Below are positions 9,235-20,011 of a DNA stretch of 64,000 nt, one piece after another. The first letter of the stretch is position 1. Each line of letters starts with the position of its first letter. The position numbers were made by a program, and so were the translations under genes. The notes beneath the pieces were generated by a model that saw only the letters and a list, made by a program, of their open reading frames with translations, ran no database searches and had not been told where the DNA came from. This stretch comes from a bacterium (GTDB lineage: Bacteria > Zhuqueibacterota > Zhuqueibacteria > Residuimicrobiales > Krinioviventaceae): the NCBI GenBank assembly GCA_963674595.2, contig CAXXFV010000016.1, forward strand, positions 256,001 to 320,000. Direction: 5' to 3'.

Positions 9235-10326
9235 TTATTTTGATGTTGATTCTTTTCGGATATCGGCAGCACGGTCATAGATTTCTTCCCGGCTTATTCC
9301 TGCGATTTCATACATGGCAAATATGTTTTCAAAAGGGGTTTCCGGCGGTATTGTGTGAGAAGCCGCTAAAATATAACCTCCTCCGTCGCTTGTCATATTT
9401 TTCAACAGTTCTTCGGTTGCTTTTTTTACCTGTGTAACTGTACCGTTAGGTAATAAATATTGGGTGTCTACACCACCCATAAATGCTATATCTTTGCCAA
9501 ATTCTTTTTTTAATTCAAAAGCATCCATGTTGGGGCAATTGCATTGGATCGGGTTTAAAACGTCCATACCGATTTCAATTAGATCCGGGATAATCGGGTA
9601 TAAAGCGCCACAGCAGTGATAAGCGACCCAGAGGTTATTCTTTTTACCAACATCCATAACACGTTTTAAATGAGGTTTTATCAGGGCTCGCCAGGTATCC
9701 GGATGCATAAATAACGACTGTTGTGAAGCAACATCATCACCGGTCCATAACCAGTCCAATGGGAGTTTTTCACAAGCTTCTGTAGATAAATGAACACCAA
9801 AGTCCGCACAACGTGCCAATAATTTTTCTGCCATGTGTGGTGCTGCAGCCAGGTCCAGCATGGCATTTTCCATACCTCTTAATCTGTTATACATTTCAAA
9901 AACACAGGGCGAAACATCACAACCTATGAAAAAATCCTTTTTATGTTCAATAACCGGCTGCATTTGTTCAAGCAGTTTGCCGGTCATTTTATATGGAAAT
10001 TCGTAATCACTAATCTGGGATTCATTGCTATTTTCAAGAGGTGAATAGGAAATTTGGTTAAAAGCCCCTTCTTTTGTCCATTTTATTCCCCAAAAGTCGG
10101 TGTGTGATTCACCGTTTTGTTCGTGTACGATTCCTTCCATGGCATAATTATTATTTATCCATGTCTGTTTAATATCGTTTCCCATTGCGTCTCCGACAAA
10201 TGCAGCGGGAATTTCCAGTTGTTGTCCTAATAGAATGGCTGTTTCAGGATGAAACCACATAAAAACGGGAATTCTGTCTGTTGGTTGTTTTTCTAAACAG
10301 GCTTTGACGCGGGTTTTGGGGGTCAT
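9235..10326 (-). CDS. Uroporphyrinogen decarboxylase-family (URO-D/MtaA-like) protein, copy 1
   Basis: DRIPV, LRGMEN, GDDVA, YHCCG, LNPIQ, GGVDTQ, GGYILAASH. Confidence 0.85.
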   Translation of the reverse strand: MTPKTRVKACLEKQPTDRIPVFMWFHPETAILLGQQLEIPAAFVGDAMGNDIKQTWINNNYAMEGIVHEQNGESHTDFWGIKWTKEGAFNQISYSPLENSNESQISDYEFPYKMTGKLLEQMQPVIEHKKDFFIGCDVSPCVFEMYNRLRGMENAMLDLAAAPHMAEKLLARCADFGVHLSTEACEKLPLDWLWTGDDVASQQSLFMHPDTWRALIKPHLKRVMDVGKKNNLWVAYHCCGALYPIIPDLIEIGMDVLNPIQCNCPNMDAFELKKEFGKDIAFMGGVDTQYLLPNGTVTQVKKATEELLKNMTSDGGGYILAASHTIPPETPFENIFAMYEIAGISREEIYDRAADIRKESTSK

Positions 10327-10515
10327 ATTTATCTCCTGGTGAATTCCATATTTTAAACATTATACAAAAATATTTTCAAATATTCCACTTTAGATTTTTA
10401 ATGTTTGTATTCTATAAAAATTTCAGTATGTTAAAAAGTATTAATCTAATCTAAAATTAAAAGATGAACTCCTTAAACCTTTCAATATCTATGACCCGTT
10501 AAAAAAGGAGAAAAT

Positions 10516-12621
10516 GTGTATATTCTGGGTTTCCATCTTGTTGATTGGCTGATAATTTGTCTCTATCTTGTTGGTATGATTTATATCGGCAAATGGGCAA
10601 GCCGAAAAATTACCAATACGTCTGATTTTTATCAGGGCGGACGAAGTTTTGGAAAAATATTATTTACCTTTTTAAATTTTGGGAACATAACAAATGCCGA
10701 CCAGGCCACCGGTGTCAGTCGGGAAATTTATCGACAGGGGCTGTCCGGCCTGTGGTTTCAAAATCTTGTACTTTTCATTACCCCTTTTTACTGGATTGCT
10801 GCTGTACTCCAACGTCGAACGCGTTACATAGCACCCGGTGATATTTATCTTCATCGTTTTGAAAGCCGGTTTTTAGCCGGACTGTTTGCCGTATACATTT
10901 TGCTTGTTGCTGTTTATGGTGGTTCTATGGGATTTTTGTTAACAGGTAAAACCATGAAAGCATTAATGGTAAAGCCTCAAACCGAATACACGCAAACCGA
11001 AAAAAATGCGGTGGATGGATTTCATCGGTACCAGGAATTAAAAGATAAACAGGGAATTACACCTTTGGATGAAACCGAGCTTGCAGAATATAATGTATTA
11101 CAAGAACAGTTTAAACAGGGCGAACTTCATCCTTATTTTTCTTATCTTAATTTAACAATCTTTTATTTCATTTACGCCTTAATCGTCGGAGCTTATACGA
11201 TTATGGGGGGCTTGTTTGCAGCGGTAGTAACGGATATTGTTCAGGGACTTTTGATATTATTTTTATCGATAATTCTTATTCCCCTGGGATTGATCAAATT
11301 AGGTGGATTTAGCGGTCTTCATGCTGCTGTTCCCGATTACATGTTTGAACTTTTTGGCTCCGCAGCTACTAGCGAATATACCTGGTATTTTGTCGCAGCT
11401 ATGGTCATTACCAACCTGATTGGTTTGCCGCCAAGAAGTTTTACGCTGGGCGGTTCGGCAAAGGATGATAACTCTGCACGGATTGGTATGGTAACAGGTG
11501 CTTTTGTAAAACGTTTTTTTATGATCGGATGGGCCTTGACCGGGTTGATTGCGGTGGGATTGTATAGCGGCCAAATTGCTGATCCGACGATGATTTGGGG
11601 CCACATGACCCGTGATTTGCTTGGCGTGGGTTTTATCGGGTTAATGGTGGCAGCTATTTTAGCCGCAAATATGTCCACAATTGACGCGCAAAGTATAGAA
11701 TGGTCTGCTGCTTTTACAAAAAATATTCTGTTACCTATTTTTCCCAACATTAAAGAAAAAACACAGGTCTTTGTGGGAAGAATTGTAATCATCTGCGTTC
11801 TTGTTTCTTCCATCTATTTTGCCAGAAAAGTAGATGATATTTTTGTTATGTTTAAATATGTTTTATCTATCGGAACGGTTATAGGACCGCCGTTATGGCT
11901 GGTTTATTTTTGGCGGCGGTTGACGACAAAAGCTGTTGCCATTCAAATGGTGCTGACAATTTTTACAACCGTTGTCATACCGAATGTTGCACCTAATTTT
12001 AATTTTGTTAGTAAAAATCCTGCTTTAACAGTTCAAACTGTTGAACGTGTTGACCTGGTTTCAACAAAAGCGTTACAGGAAGATGTGGATGCCGGCAATG
12101 CCTCACAAATCGGGCAGATAATTGAAAAAAGGGTTGTACATCCACCTTCTGCTGTCTTTTTTGACAAAGTTGTTCATGAAAATCCGGATGATCCGGATTC
12201 ACCTCTTGTAGGCAAGGGCGCATTTAAAAACCAGATTTACTATTGCTCCCTGCTCGGAGTCCCTGTTTCAAAGCTATCAAAAGCACAACTGGCTACTTTA
12301 TCGTTTATTTTTGACATTATTTTCCCATTTATTTTATTGTTTGGTCTCAGCTTAGTGACGCGAAAGAATTCGGATAAAGTATTAACAGAATTTTACTGTG
12401 CTATTCATACACCCACAGTTGCTGATCAAGAAGAAGATGCTAAGCGTTTGCAGGAAGCAATCCGTCATCCTGAAATTGTTGAACAGAAAAAAATATTCCC
12501 CGGAACAAACTGGGAGTTTTGGAAACCGGACCGCTGGGATACCTGGGGATTTATTATCTCGTGGATACTTGTTTTTATTGTTATTGCATTGTATATTCTT
12601 GTTATGAAGATTGGGGCCTAA
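10516..12621 (+). CDS. Sodium:solute symporter family protein
   Basis: DFYQGGR, YTIMGGLFAAVVTDIVQ, AAILAANMST; many TM helices. Confidence 0.88.
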   Translation: MYILGFHLVDWLIICLYLVGMIYIGKWASRKITNTSDFYQGGRSFGKILFTFLNFGNITNADQATGVSREIYRQGLSGLWFQNLVLFITPFYWIAAVLQRRTRYIAPGDIYLHRFESRFLAGLFAVYILLVAVYGGSMGFLLTGKTMKALMVKPQTEYTQTEKNAVDGFHRYQELKDKQGITPLDETELAEYNVLQEQFKQGELHPYFSYLNLTIFYFIYALIVGAYTIMGGLFAAVVTDIVQGLLILFLSIILIPLGLIKLGGFSGLHAAVPDYMFELFGSAATSEYTWYFVAAMVITNLIGLPPRSFTLGGSAKDDNSARIGMVTGAFVKRFFMIGWALTGLIAVGLYSGQIADPTMIWGHMTRDLLGVGFIGLMVAAILAANMSTIDAQSIEWSAAFTKNILLPIFPNIKEKTQVFVGRIVIICVLVSSIYFARKVDDIFVMFKYVLSIGTVIGPPLWLVYFWRRLTTKAVAIQMVLTIFTTVVIPNVAPNFNFVSKNPALTVQTVERVDLVSTKALQEDVDAGNASQIGQIIEKRVVHPPSAVFFDKVVHENPDDPDSPLVGKGAFKNQIYYCSLLGVPVSKLSKAQLATLSFIFDIIFPFILLFGLSLVTRKNSDKVLTEFYCAIHTPTVADQEEDAKRLQEAIRHPEIVEQKKIFPGTNWEFWKPDRWDTWGFIISWILVFIVIALYILVMKIGA

Positions 12622-12640
12622 ATTTGGAGTGGAGGAGAAA

Positions 12641-15040
12641 ATGAGTAAAAAGTATTATTTATATTTAATTCTGATTTTTATTGTTTCCGGGTGTGCAAAA
12701 CAGGAACCCGGTCCTTTTATCAGCCGTCATTCTGATAATTACAAAGTGGGTGATCAATGGTATTGCCCAATTTGTAACAAGCCGGTAAAAAATGGGGATC
12801 GATCGGGAATTGACCCCAATTTATGCCTTTCAGAATGGCATGACACTTTTTTGGATGCCGACTTTTTTGAACAAAAGATGAATAATATTTCTGATAAAGA
12901 ACTTTTTAAAAGTTTGCAAAAATCTAAAGAAAATCCGAAAGGGATTGATTTAGAAAAGGCAGAAAATAAAACGACGGCGTTACTTGATTATTTTAACAAA
13001 CGTAAAGACAATCATATTTTATACATGTACGACAAGTATGCTGTAATGGAATTAAAAACGATTGAAGAGTTTCTTAAAGAGGTTAAAAAAGATCCGCAAC
13101 GGAAACAAAAAATTATAGATAATGCCCTTACTTTTGCTCACCCGGATAGCGGTTATCGCTTGTATGGCCATAATTTTGGCTGGAAAATTAATTATCAATC
13201 CGAATGGAAAAACATTTCCGATTATAGTGTTAATGGATTGGGATTTTTACAAAAGTTATGTTTGGCGTGGCTTGTTACCAAAGATGATTTTTATAGAAAA
13301 AGTTTCGAGGACATGTTTAATCAGTGGTATGATCAAAAAGATAATATAAAACATGTTATGAAAGAGGATGAAATTAAAGTCTATGGCACTATTTGGTACG
13401 AACTGGCAACTGACGGTAGAATATACAGATTAATAGACGCTTTTCGGGCTTTTGGTGATCAGCTTGCACCTGATACCCGTATTAGATTGTTGAAGATAAT
13501 ATTGGGACAGGCCCGTTGGTTGTATGAATGTCTCTATCAAAATCCTTTTCATGCCTATAACTGGCAGACACACACAGCCGTTTCTTTACCATATGCTGCA
13601 TTAAATTTTTGTGAATTCAATGAATCGGAAAAATGGCTTGATGTCAGTAAAAAAAATATGGTGCAGCATTTCGAGCATGACTTTAATAAAGATGGTGGAT
13701 ACATTGAGCGAAGCAGCGGTTATACCAATTATGCTTTTGGAATGTTTTATCGTTTTATGCTTATTTTTAAATATTGGGCAAATGATGATTATTATTTAAA
13801 AACATATTTACCGAAACTGGAAAGGGTGTTTGAATTTACATCTCTTACTTTATCACCGACCGGTGTGAACTGTCCGTTTAATGATGATGGGCGTAATTTA
13901 AACTTGGCCAAGCTGGTTATTGAAATGGGTGATTTTCTTAAACGAGGTGATTTTATCGGTCCTGTCGAACATTTGTTGACAGATGAACAAAAAGCAAAAT
14001 TATCCGTTAAACCGATAAAACCAAAAGTTAAAAGTTTATTGTTACCGGATTCAAAATATGCTGTTATGAGAACAGAATGGGACCCAAAAGCCTATTTTAT
14101 GATGATTAATTATGGTGAGTTTAAAAATCACGGTCATTATGATATATTGGATTTTGAAATTTATGCAAACGGAATCCCCATTGCTGTTGACGCCGGTCTG
14201 GGTTTAATCGGTTACATCGATCCGCTTCATGTTCCGTGGTATAAAGTAAGCCGGTCCCATAATATGGTTACTGTTAATGATGCTAATTGTTATAAACGGG
14301 ATATTGCCGGTGAGGACGTTATCTGGTCAAGTCAGAATTTACTGGACTATTTTGCCGCCACTCACAGGGGATATGAAAAACACCAACAAACTATAAATAG
14401 ACGACATTTTGTTTTTGTGAAAAATGAATACTGGCTGATTTTTGACCAGATTGATACACCAAAGAAAAAGTCAAAACTGGATTGGAATTTTCATACACCG
14501 TTGCATATGGATGCCCTTGATAATGGTTATATTTCCAAAGAAACAAATGGTGCGGCTGTACTTTTTCCGGCTTCAGAAAATTTAGTGACACTGAAAATGA
14601 AAAAAACAGGCCGGGCCGATTTGCGCGGCATTGACGGTGAAGAACCAAACAGAGATATTGACTGGCTTATTTTCCGTAAAATGTCTATGGCAAGTTCTGC
14701 TGATGACCATTTTGGTGTCGTCGTTTATCCGGTTACCCCGGAAATGCAACTGTCAAAAAATAATATTGAACAGGAGATTACTTTTGATAAAATATTATTG
14801 GAACAGCCCGGAATTTATGCCTATAAGCTGTGTCATAATAATACGGCGGATATCATGATTTTTTCGGATGGTGAGGAACATCAGTTTACAGAAGATATAA
14901 AAGGTGATTTTAAATTCGGATGGTTTAGAAAAATCGGTGAAAATCCCACGTCAGCTTTTATTGTTCAGGGACAGAATTTTGAATGGCAAGACAAAATAGA
15001 AAGTAAACCGGAACGATCTGATTTTGAAATTGTGTTTTAG
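12641..15040 (+). CDS. Heparinase II/III-family polysaccharide lyase, lipoprotein
   Basis: Lipobox VSGC; NWQ, DGGYIERSSGY, HGHYD, SHNMVTVN; ATG12641 follows GGAGG. Confidence 0.82.
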   Translation: MSKKYYLYLILIFIVSGCAKQEPGPFISRHSDNYKVGDQWYCPICNKPVKNGDRSGIDPNLCLSEWHDTFLDADFFEQKMNNISDKELFKSLQKSKENPKGIDLEKAENKTTALLDYFNKRKDNHILYMYDKYAVMELKTIEEFLKEVKKDPQRKQKIIDNALTFAHPDSGYRLYGHNFGWKINYQSEWKNISDYSVNGLGFLQKLCLAWLVTKDDFYRKSFEDMFNQWYDQKDNIKHVMKEDEIKVYGTIWYELATDGRIYRLIDAFRAFGDQLAPDTRIRLLKIILGQARWLYECLYQNPFHAYNWQTHTAVSLPYAALNFCEFNESEKWLDVSKKNMVQHFEHDFNKDGGYIERSSGYTNYAFGMFYRFMLIFKYWANDDYYLKTYLPKLERVFEFTSLTLSPTGVNCPFNDDGRNLNLAKLVIEMGDFLKRGDFIGPVEHLLTDEQKAKLSVKPIKPKVKSLLLPDSKYAVMRTEWDPKAYFMMINYGEFKNHGHYDILDFEIYANGIPIAVDAGLGLIGYIDPLHVPWYKVSRSHNMVTVNDANCYKRDIAGEDVIWSSQNLLDYFAATHRGYEKHQQTINRRHFVFVKNEYWLIFDQIDTPKKKSKLDWNFHTPLHMDALDNGYISKETNGAAVLFPASENLVTLKMKKTGRADLRGIDGEEPNRDIDWLIFRKMSMASSADDHFGVVVYPVTPEMQLSKNNIEQEITFDKILLEQPGIYAYKLCHNNTADIMIFSDGEEHQFTEDIKGDFKFGWFRKIGENPTSAFIVQGQNFEWQDKIESKPERSDFEIVF

Positions 15041-15043
15041 TTC

Positions 15044-15066
15044 AAGGGCCCTTGCGGCCCTTTTTT
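15044..15066 (+). terminator. Intrinsic terminator
   Basis: AAGGGCC-cttgc-GGCCCTT followed by a T run. Confidence 0.8.
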
Positions 15067-15087
15067 ATTTTATTGCTTAAAATATTA

Positions 15088-16287
15088 TCAACCTTTATGT
15101 TGATCAATGATTTCAATACAATTGGCTTTTAGCTTTTTTAACAGGTCCTGCAGAATTTTCATATCCTGCTCGGAAATGCCTTTTGTTATTTTATTTTCCG
15201 TATTTTCAATAATTGTCCATAATTTACCAAGTGTTTCTATACCCATTTCTGTCATTGAATAGGTTGTCTGATTGTCGTTTTTGATATAACCTTTTTTTAT
15301 CAAAGGAGTGATAAAATCATTTATTTCATTATCTGTCAGGCCGAATTGTTTTTGAATATCCACAATATTCATTGTCAAATCACACTTTAACACCATCATA
15401 AAAATAATTTGTTTACTGGTAAATTCGGACACTTTGGTCAATTCCTTGTCAAGTGCCTGCTGGATCAACATACCAAGAACATTGATTTCTCTTCCCAATG
15501 TCGATTTTATCTTTTTTTCTATCATACCAATAGCCTGTTTTAATTTTAATTCATAAATACTTATGCCGGTCGCAACACCCACATTGAGACTTTCGACGTT
15601 GCTGTGCATCGGAATCTGGATTGTTATATCGGCGTTTTTGATAAACTCTTCTGCAGCACCGGTTGTTTCATTTCCTACAACCAACGCCACTGGTTTGTCC
15701 GGTATATCAGTTAAAGACTGGACCCTGTTTCCATAGGGTGTTGTTGTGATAATAAAGTAATTGTTTTGTTTTAGGAAATTTATAGTTTCTGTTGGAGAAT
15801 CAAATTTTTTATAATGTGTTGAAAAAACCTTGCCGCGCGACGCATCGATTGTTTTTCTGTGAAATAAATCAAAATTGTTTTCTGTGCCTGTTATAGAACG
15901 AATCCCAAAAGCATGACATGTTCTGATAATTGTCCCGATATTACCATAATCCTGCAGATTATCCAGAACAATTTCAAAATTCGTCGTCTCTTTTTTCTTA
16001 TTGTTTTGACCAACAGCTACAACAGGGACGAGGTGTTTGGTCCCGGTTACTTTTTTCAATAGTCCGTCGGAAACGTGAAATACATCAATATGCGGTGGAA
16101 TATTATCCGGCAGCTCAATTTTGTTATGCAGCAGAATATAATCAATGGATATATCGGCTTCCAGTGCCCATTGAATTGCTTCGAGGCCTTCTATCAAGAA
16201 CTTTCCTGATTCAATTCGCCCTTTTCGTGTGCTTAATTGCTGTGCAAGTTGAATTCGGCTGTCTTTTAAAGATTTAATTTCCTTCAT
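15088..16287 (-). CDS. SpoU/TrmH RNA methyltransferase fused to a C-terminal MarR-like winged helix
   Basis: LDNLQDYGNIGTIIRT, VGNETTG, IPMHSNVESLNVGVA; about 140 further residues with a MarR pattern (FTSKQ..LIKKGYI..MTEMG..GISEQD). Confidence 0.8.
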   Translation of the reverse strand: MKEIKSLKDSRIQLAQQLSTRKGRIESGKFLIEGLEAIQWALEADISIDYILLHNKIELPDNIPPHIDVFHVSDGLLKKVTGTKHLVPVVAVGQNNKKKETTNFEIVLDNLQDYGNIGTIIRTCHAFGIRSITGTENNFDLFHRKTIDASRGKVFSTHYKKFDSPTETINFLKQNNYFIITTTPYGNRVQSLTDIPDKPVALVVGNETTGAAEEFIKNADITIQIPMHSNVESLNVGVATGISIYELKLKQAIGMIEKKIKSTLGREINVLGMLIQQALDKELTKVSEFTSKQIIFMMVLKCDLTMNIVDIQKQFGLTDNEINDFITPLIKKGYIKNDNQTTYSMTEMGIETLGKLWTIIENTENKITKGISEQDMKILQDLLKKLKANCIEIIDQHKG

Positions 16288-16336
16288 CGGCTATGGCTTA
16301 TTATATGATGATTTTTATAATGTGAAAAAGTTTAAA

Positions 16337-16374
16337 TTTTGCCCCGATCATTTTCATCAAAAATCGGGGCAAAA
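16337..16374. repeat. Intergenic hairpin (12-bp inverted repeat)
   Basis: TTTTGCCCCGAT...ATCGGGGCAAAA; no canonical U tract 3' of the stem. Confidence 0.6.
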
Positions 16375-16378
16375 GATT

Positions 16379-17737
16379 TTACTTGTTATTGAGTTTTTTA
16401 ATTGCCATTTCTGCAGCTTTAATCAAAACATATTTGGTTGGTGCTGCTGTTAGAAGCGGATGAGTACCGATTTGATAGGATAACAATTCATATACCGTCA
16501 CTTCTTTTTGGATGGCAAGCCCGATAACATTAATTAGTTCACCGACAGATTTTCCACCGTAAATTTCACCACCTATAATGACACCACGACGAGTCGAAAC
16601 AATAAGTTTAACCAGTAATTCCGAACAGTCTTTAATAGCACCGGGGTGTCTGTCTGCGTCTTTGAATGTACCGGTAACAAAAGCAATGTTTGCTTCCTCA
16701 GCAGATTGTTCAATGGCGCCGGCTGACGCAAAGCTTTTACCGCCAATCTCGGTAGAAAAAACAGACAGTGTACCGACAAAATTTCTCAGGATATTTATAT
16801 TATATAGATTATAACCTAAAATTCGTGCTTCGGCGGTTGCTGTTGACGCCAGCATAATATAGTCGGTCCTTCCGGTAATGAATCCTGTTGTCTGCGCACA
16901 ATCACCGACAGCATAAATATCTTTTTTACCTGTACGTAAATAATTGTCGCAACGAATAGCATTGTTACTGTTAATTTCCAGCCCGGCCTCTTTTGCCAGC
17001 TCTGTATTGGGTTGATAACCAACGCTGGATATAACCAGATCCGCATCAAGTTCTTGTCCGCTTTCCAGTTTAACAGCTTTAACTTTACCGTTTTCTCCGA
17101 TTATTTCTTGTACTTTATTTCCCGTATAAAGTTTTATCGCTGTCGTGCGGATTGTTGCATCTGCAATTTCAGCAATGTCCGGAGAAAATGCTTTATAGAG
17201 ACAATATTTTTCCACTTCAACCAAGGAAACGGTTTTATCACTATATTTTGCCAACTGTTCTGCAATTTCTACACCAATAAAGCCGCCGCCGATAATTACA
17301 ATGTTTTTTGCTTCGTTGGTTTTTTGTTTTAACGATTCAATATAATCATAATTTTTTTTAATATATTCCACACCTTCCAGATCATACCCTTTAATAAATT
17401 TGGGAAGGACCGGGATTGAGCCTGTAGCAAAGACCAACTTTTGAAATTGAAAGTCCTGGCCGGATTCGGTTTTAACAATTTTCTTTTCAGTATCAACTTT
17501 AGTCACACTGTCAACCAGAACGTTACCACCTGCATCTACAAATGGTTTCGGCCCCATTTTATTTTCCGGGACTTCAATATCATGAAAAACATAAGGGATC
17601 CCACAAGGGACCAATCCTATTTTATCCTTTGTTATCATTAAAAATGTTTTTTCCGGATTTTGTTGTTTGCCGGTTACACCTGTAATAATACCGGACGGGC
17701 CGCTGCCAATAATAATTACATCATATTGTTTCATCAT
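16379..17737 (-). CDS. FAD-dependent NADH oxidase / CoA-disulfide reductase family
   Basis: GSGPSG, redox Cys in VPCGIPY, ATGS, GGGFIG, YAVGDC. Confidence 0.85.
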   Translation of the reverse strand: MMKQYDVIIIGSGPSGIITGVTGKQQNPEKTFLMITKDKIGLVPCGIPYVFHDIEVPENKMGPKPFVDAGGNVLVDSVTKVDTEKKIVKTESGQDFQFQKLVFATGSIPVLPKFIKGYDLEGVEYIKKNYDYIESLKQKTNEAKNIVIIGGGFIGVEIAEQLAKYSDKTVSLVEVEKYCLYKAFSPDIAEIADATIRTTAIKLYTGNKVQEIIGENGKVKAVKLESGQELDADLVISSVGYQPNTELAKEAGLEINSNNAIRCDNYLRTGKKDIYAVGDCAQTTGFITGRTDYIMLASTATAEARILGYNLYNINILRNFVGTLSVFSTEIGGKSFASAGAIEQSAEEANIAFVTGTFKDADRHPGAIKDCSELLVKLIVSTRRGVIIGGEIYGGKSVGELINVIGLAIQKEVTVYELLSYQIGTHPLLTAAPTKYVLIKAAEMAIKKLNNK

Positions 17738-18011
17738 TGCACTCCTGTTTATTCGATTCTTATAGAATTTTTTAAAATTATTAAATGAATCGGGATGAAA
17801 ATCAGATTATCTGTTTAGGAAACACATGGGGGATGCTTGATACAAAAAAATCCAATTAAACTCGATTTTATAAATAATTTAATGATTATAATTAATTAAA
17901 CAAGAATTAATTATATTGTATTTTGTTATCATTAAAAAGTTTAATTATTTGGCAAGTTTAAGCTTGACTCGCTTTGTTTTTTCTTTTAATTTACAAAATA
18001 TCAAGTATGTA

Positions 18012-18818
18012 ATGAGTGGTGAAAATATGACACATGAAAAAAGCGAAAATAATTTTTGGGGTGAGCATACATTATCTATGTCAACTCTTGAAAAATGGAC
18101 TTTTGGTTCTCAAATTATAACCGGTCTGGTAGATGATTCGGAATTAAAACTAACCAGTTATCCTGTGGAAGAGGAGCCGAAAAATGAGCCGGATTTGTCC
18201 TGGCACCGGTGGCCACTTACACAAACTCAACCGGTATTGTTGTTTGAGCCGGTTATGCCGGATCGTCCGGTCGTTATGCGGCCGGAATCTGTTTTTAATC
18301 TGGAAGCGGGACAAAAAGCTCGGATTTATATTCGCATTCCAATTTGGACACGAATCAGCCTTATGGAAGGCACCAAATCAAAAAAGCTGTTGGAAGTCCC
18401 TTCGGTCGTATTGTCCAATAGCTGGTTTGGTGATTTTTTTCATGGTGAATTATGTTTCAGTATTTCCTCCAGCATTCGTTCAACAGTTGAGCCGGACATA
18501 TCACGACCGTATATGGCAATTTGTCCTTTACTTTTAATTAATAAAGCAAAATCTGATCTTGTTGTTGAAAAGATGTGTTTAAGAATTACCTTGTTGTCTC
18601 TTTATCTTGTAAAAAATCAGTTGTGGACGGATGAAATGGTTATAACCTATAGCGGCAAAAATGAAATAAGCCAGGTTAATACAAGCGGTAAACCTCCGGT
18701 CTCTTTAAAAAAAGCTGTACAGTTGGCGAAACCGCGCAGCAACTCAAAAAAGTCACTTGTTGTTGCGACTTTTGGTGATTTGTTGGATTTTGCCGGTTTT
18801 GGTAACTTGAATAAATAG
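18012..18818 (+). CDS. DUF432-like protein
   Basis: PVMPDRPVV.RP, YIRIP, LSNSWFG...GELC; typical position upstream of mscS. Confidence 0.65.
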   Translation: MSGENMTHEKSENNFWGEHTLSMSTLEKWTFGSQIITGLVDDSELKLTSYPVEEEPKNEPDLSWHRWPLTQTQPVLLFEPVMPDRPVVMRPESVFNLEAGQKARIYIRIPIWTRISLMEGTKSKKLLEVPSVVLSNSWFGDFFHGELCFSISSSIRSTVEPDISRPYMAICPLLLINKAKSDLVVEKMCLRITLLSLYLVKNQLWTDEMVITYSGKNEISQVNTSGKPPVSLKKAVQLAKPRSNSKKSLVVATFGDLLDFAGFGNLNK

Positions 18819-18827
18819 GAAATTGTT

Positions 18828-19697
18828 ATGGAATTTTTACATAATTTAGATGTCTCTCTGACATCGGAAACGATGTTTAGAATTGTTCGCAGTGCAATTA
18901 TATTATTGTTCGGAATTCCAATTACATTTTTACTCAGCAGATGGCTCAAAAAATTACTGGGTAAAAAATTTACGCCACAACAATCCATGCTGCTGCAAAA
19001 AGTGGTAACTTATTCCGCTTCCTTTATCATGTTGATTATGATTTTAAACGAATTTCAGTTTAAACTGTCCACTCTGCTTGGCGCTGCCGGAATTATTGGA
19101 ATTGCCTTGGGTTTTGCATCACAAACCAGCGTTTCAAATGTTATCAGCGGACTGTTTCTCATTGCTGAAAAATCGTTTCAGGTGAATGATATAATCACTG
19201 TTGGTAGTACAACCGGAGTGGTGTTATCCATTGATGTTCTTTCCGTTAAATTACGAACGTTTGATAACCGGTACATACGTATTCCGAATGAAACGTTGAT
19301 TAAAACCGAAGTGATTAATGTGACCCGGTTTCCAATCCGACGGGTGGATGTCAACATTGGTGTTGCCTATAAAGAAGATGTTACGCAAGTACGACAGGTA
19401 TTAATGGATATTGCCAAAAAAAATCCATTGTGCCTGGATGACCCTGAACCGCTTATCATATTTTCCGGATTTGGAAATTCATCCATCGACTTTTTGTTTT
19501 TGGTATGGGCCGTAAAAGATGACTGGCTGAAGCTTAAAAATACAATTATGGAAGATGTAAAAAAGCGATTTGACCAGGAAGGCATTGAAATTCCTTTTCC
19601 GCATCTATCTCTATATAGCGGATCGGTGACGCAGCCGATTCCTATTCAGATTATTAAAGAAGATAAGAATGAAACATCGCTGGATGTTGAAAATTAG
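18828..19697 (+). CDS. mscS: Small-conductance mechanosensitive channel
   Basis: LLGAAGIIGIALGFASQ..SNVISG, RTFDN..IPN, FGNSSIDF, GIEIPFP. Confidence 0.9.
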   Translation: MEFLHNLDVSLTSETMFRIVRSAIILLFGIPITFLLSRWLKKLLGKKFTPQQSMLLQKVVTYSASFIMLIMILNEFQFKLSTLLGAAGIIGIALGFASQTSVSNVISGLFLIAEKSFQVNDIITVGSTTGVVLSIDVLSVKLRTFDNRYIRIPNETLIKTEVINVTRFPIRRVDVNIGVAYKEDVTQVRQVLMDIAKKNPLCLDDPEPLIIFSGFGNSSIDFLFLVWAVKDDWLKLKNTIMEDVKKRFDQEGIEIPFPHLSLYSGSVTQPIPIQIIKEDKNETSLDVEN

Positions 19698-19738
19698 ATA
19701 TTTTTAATAAAACCGATTATCTGTTCCGGGAGCCAAAA

Positions 19739-19987
19739 GTGACAAATAATTTATTAATAGATATTATAGGCTGGTTGGGTGCTGTTTTGTTGCTAACCGC
19801 CTATTTTTTAATTTCATCAAATAGAATTAAAGGGGCGTCAAAAAGTTATCAGATATTGAATCTTATTGGAAGTGGTGCACTCATAGTCAATTCTGCATTT
19901 TACCGGGCCTTTCCGTCTGCATTTGTTAATGTCATTTGGATCGGGATTGCCCTATATTCTCTTTTTGTATTTAAACAACAGCATTAA
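19739..19987 (+). CDS. Small 3-TM membrane protein (CBU_0592-like)
   Basis: IGWLGAVLLLTAY, YQILNLIGS, VNVIW. Confidence 0.7.
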   Translation: MTNNLLIDIIGWLGAVLLLTAYFLISSNRIKGASKSYQILNLIGSGALIVNSAFYRAFPSAFVNVIWIGIALYSLFVFKQQH

Positions 19988-20011
19988 GTTTTACACGAAT
20001 AAAGTATTGTT

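Noticed and set aside
10514-10552. Out-of-frame ATG overlapping the SSS GTG start (12-codon ORF)
   Set aside because: Only 3 nt from the SD and no regulatory codon pattern; likely chance
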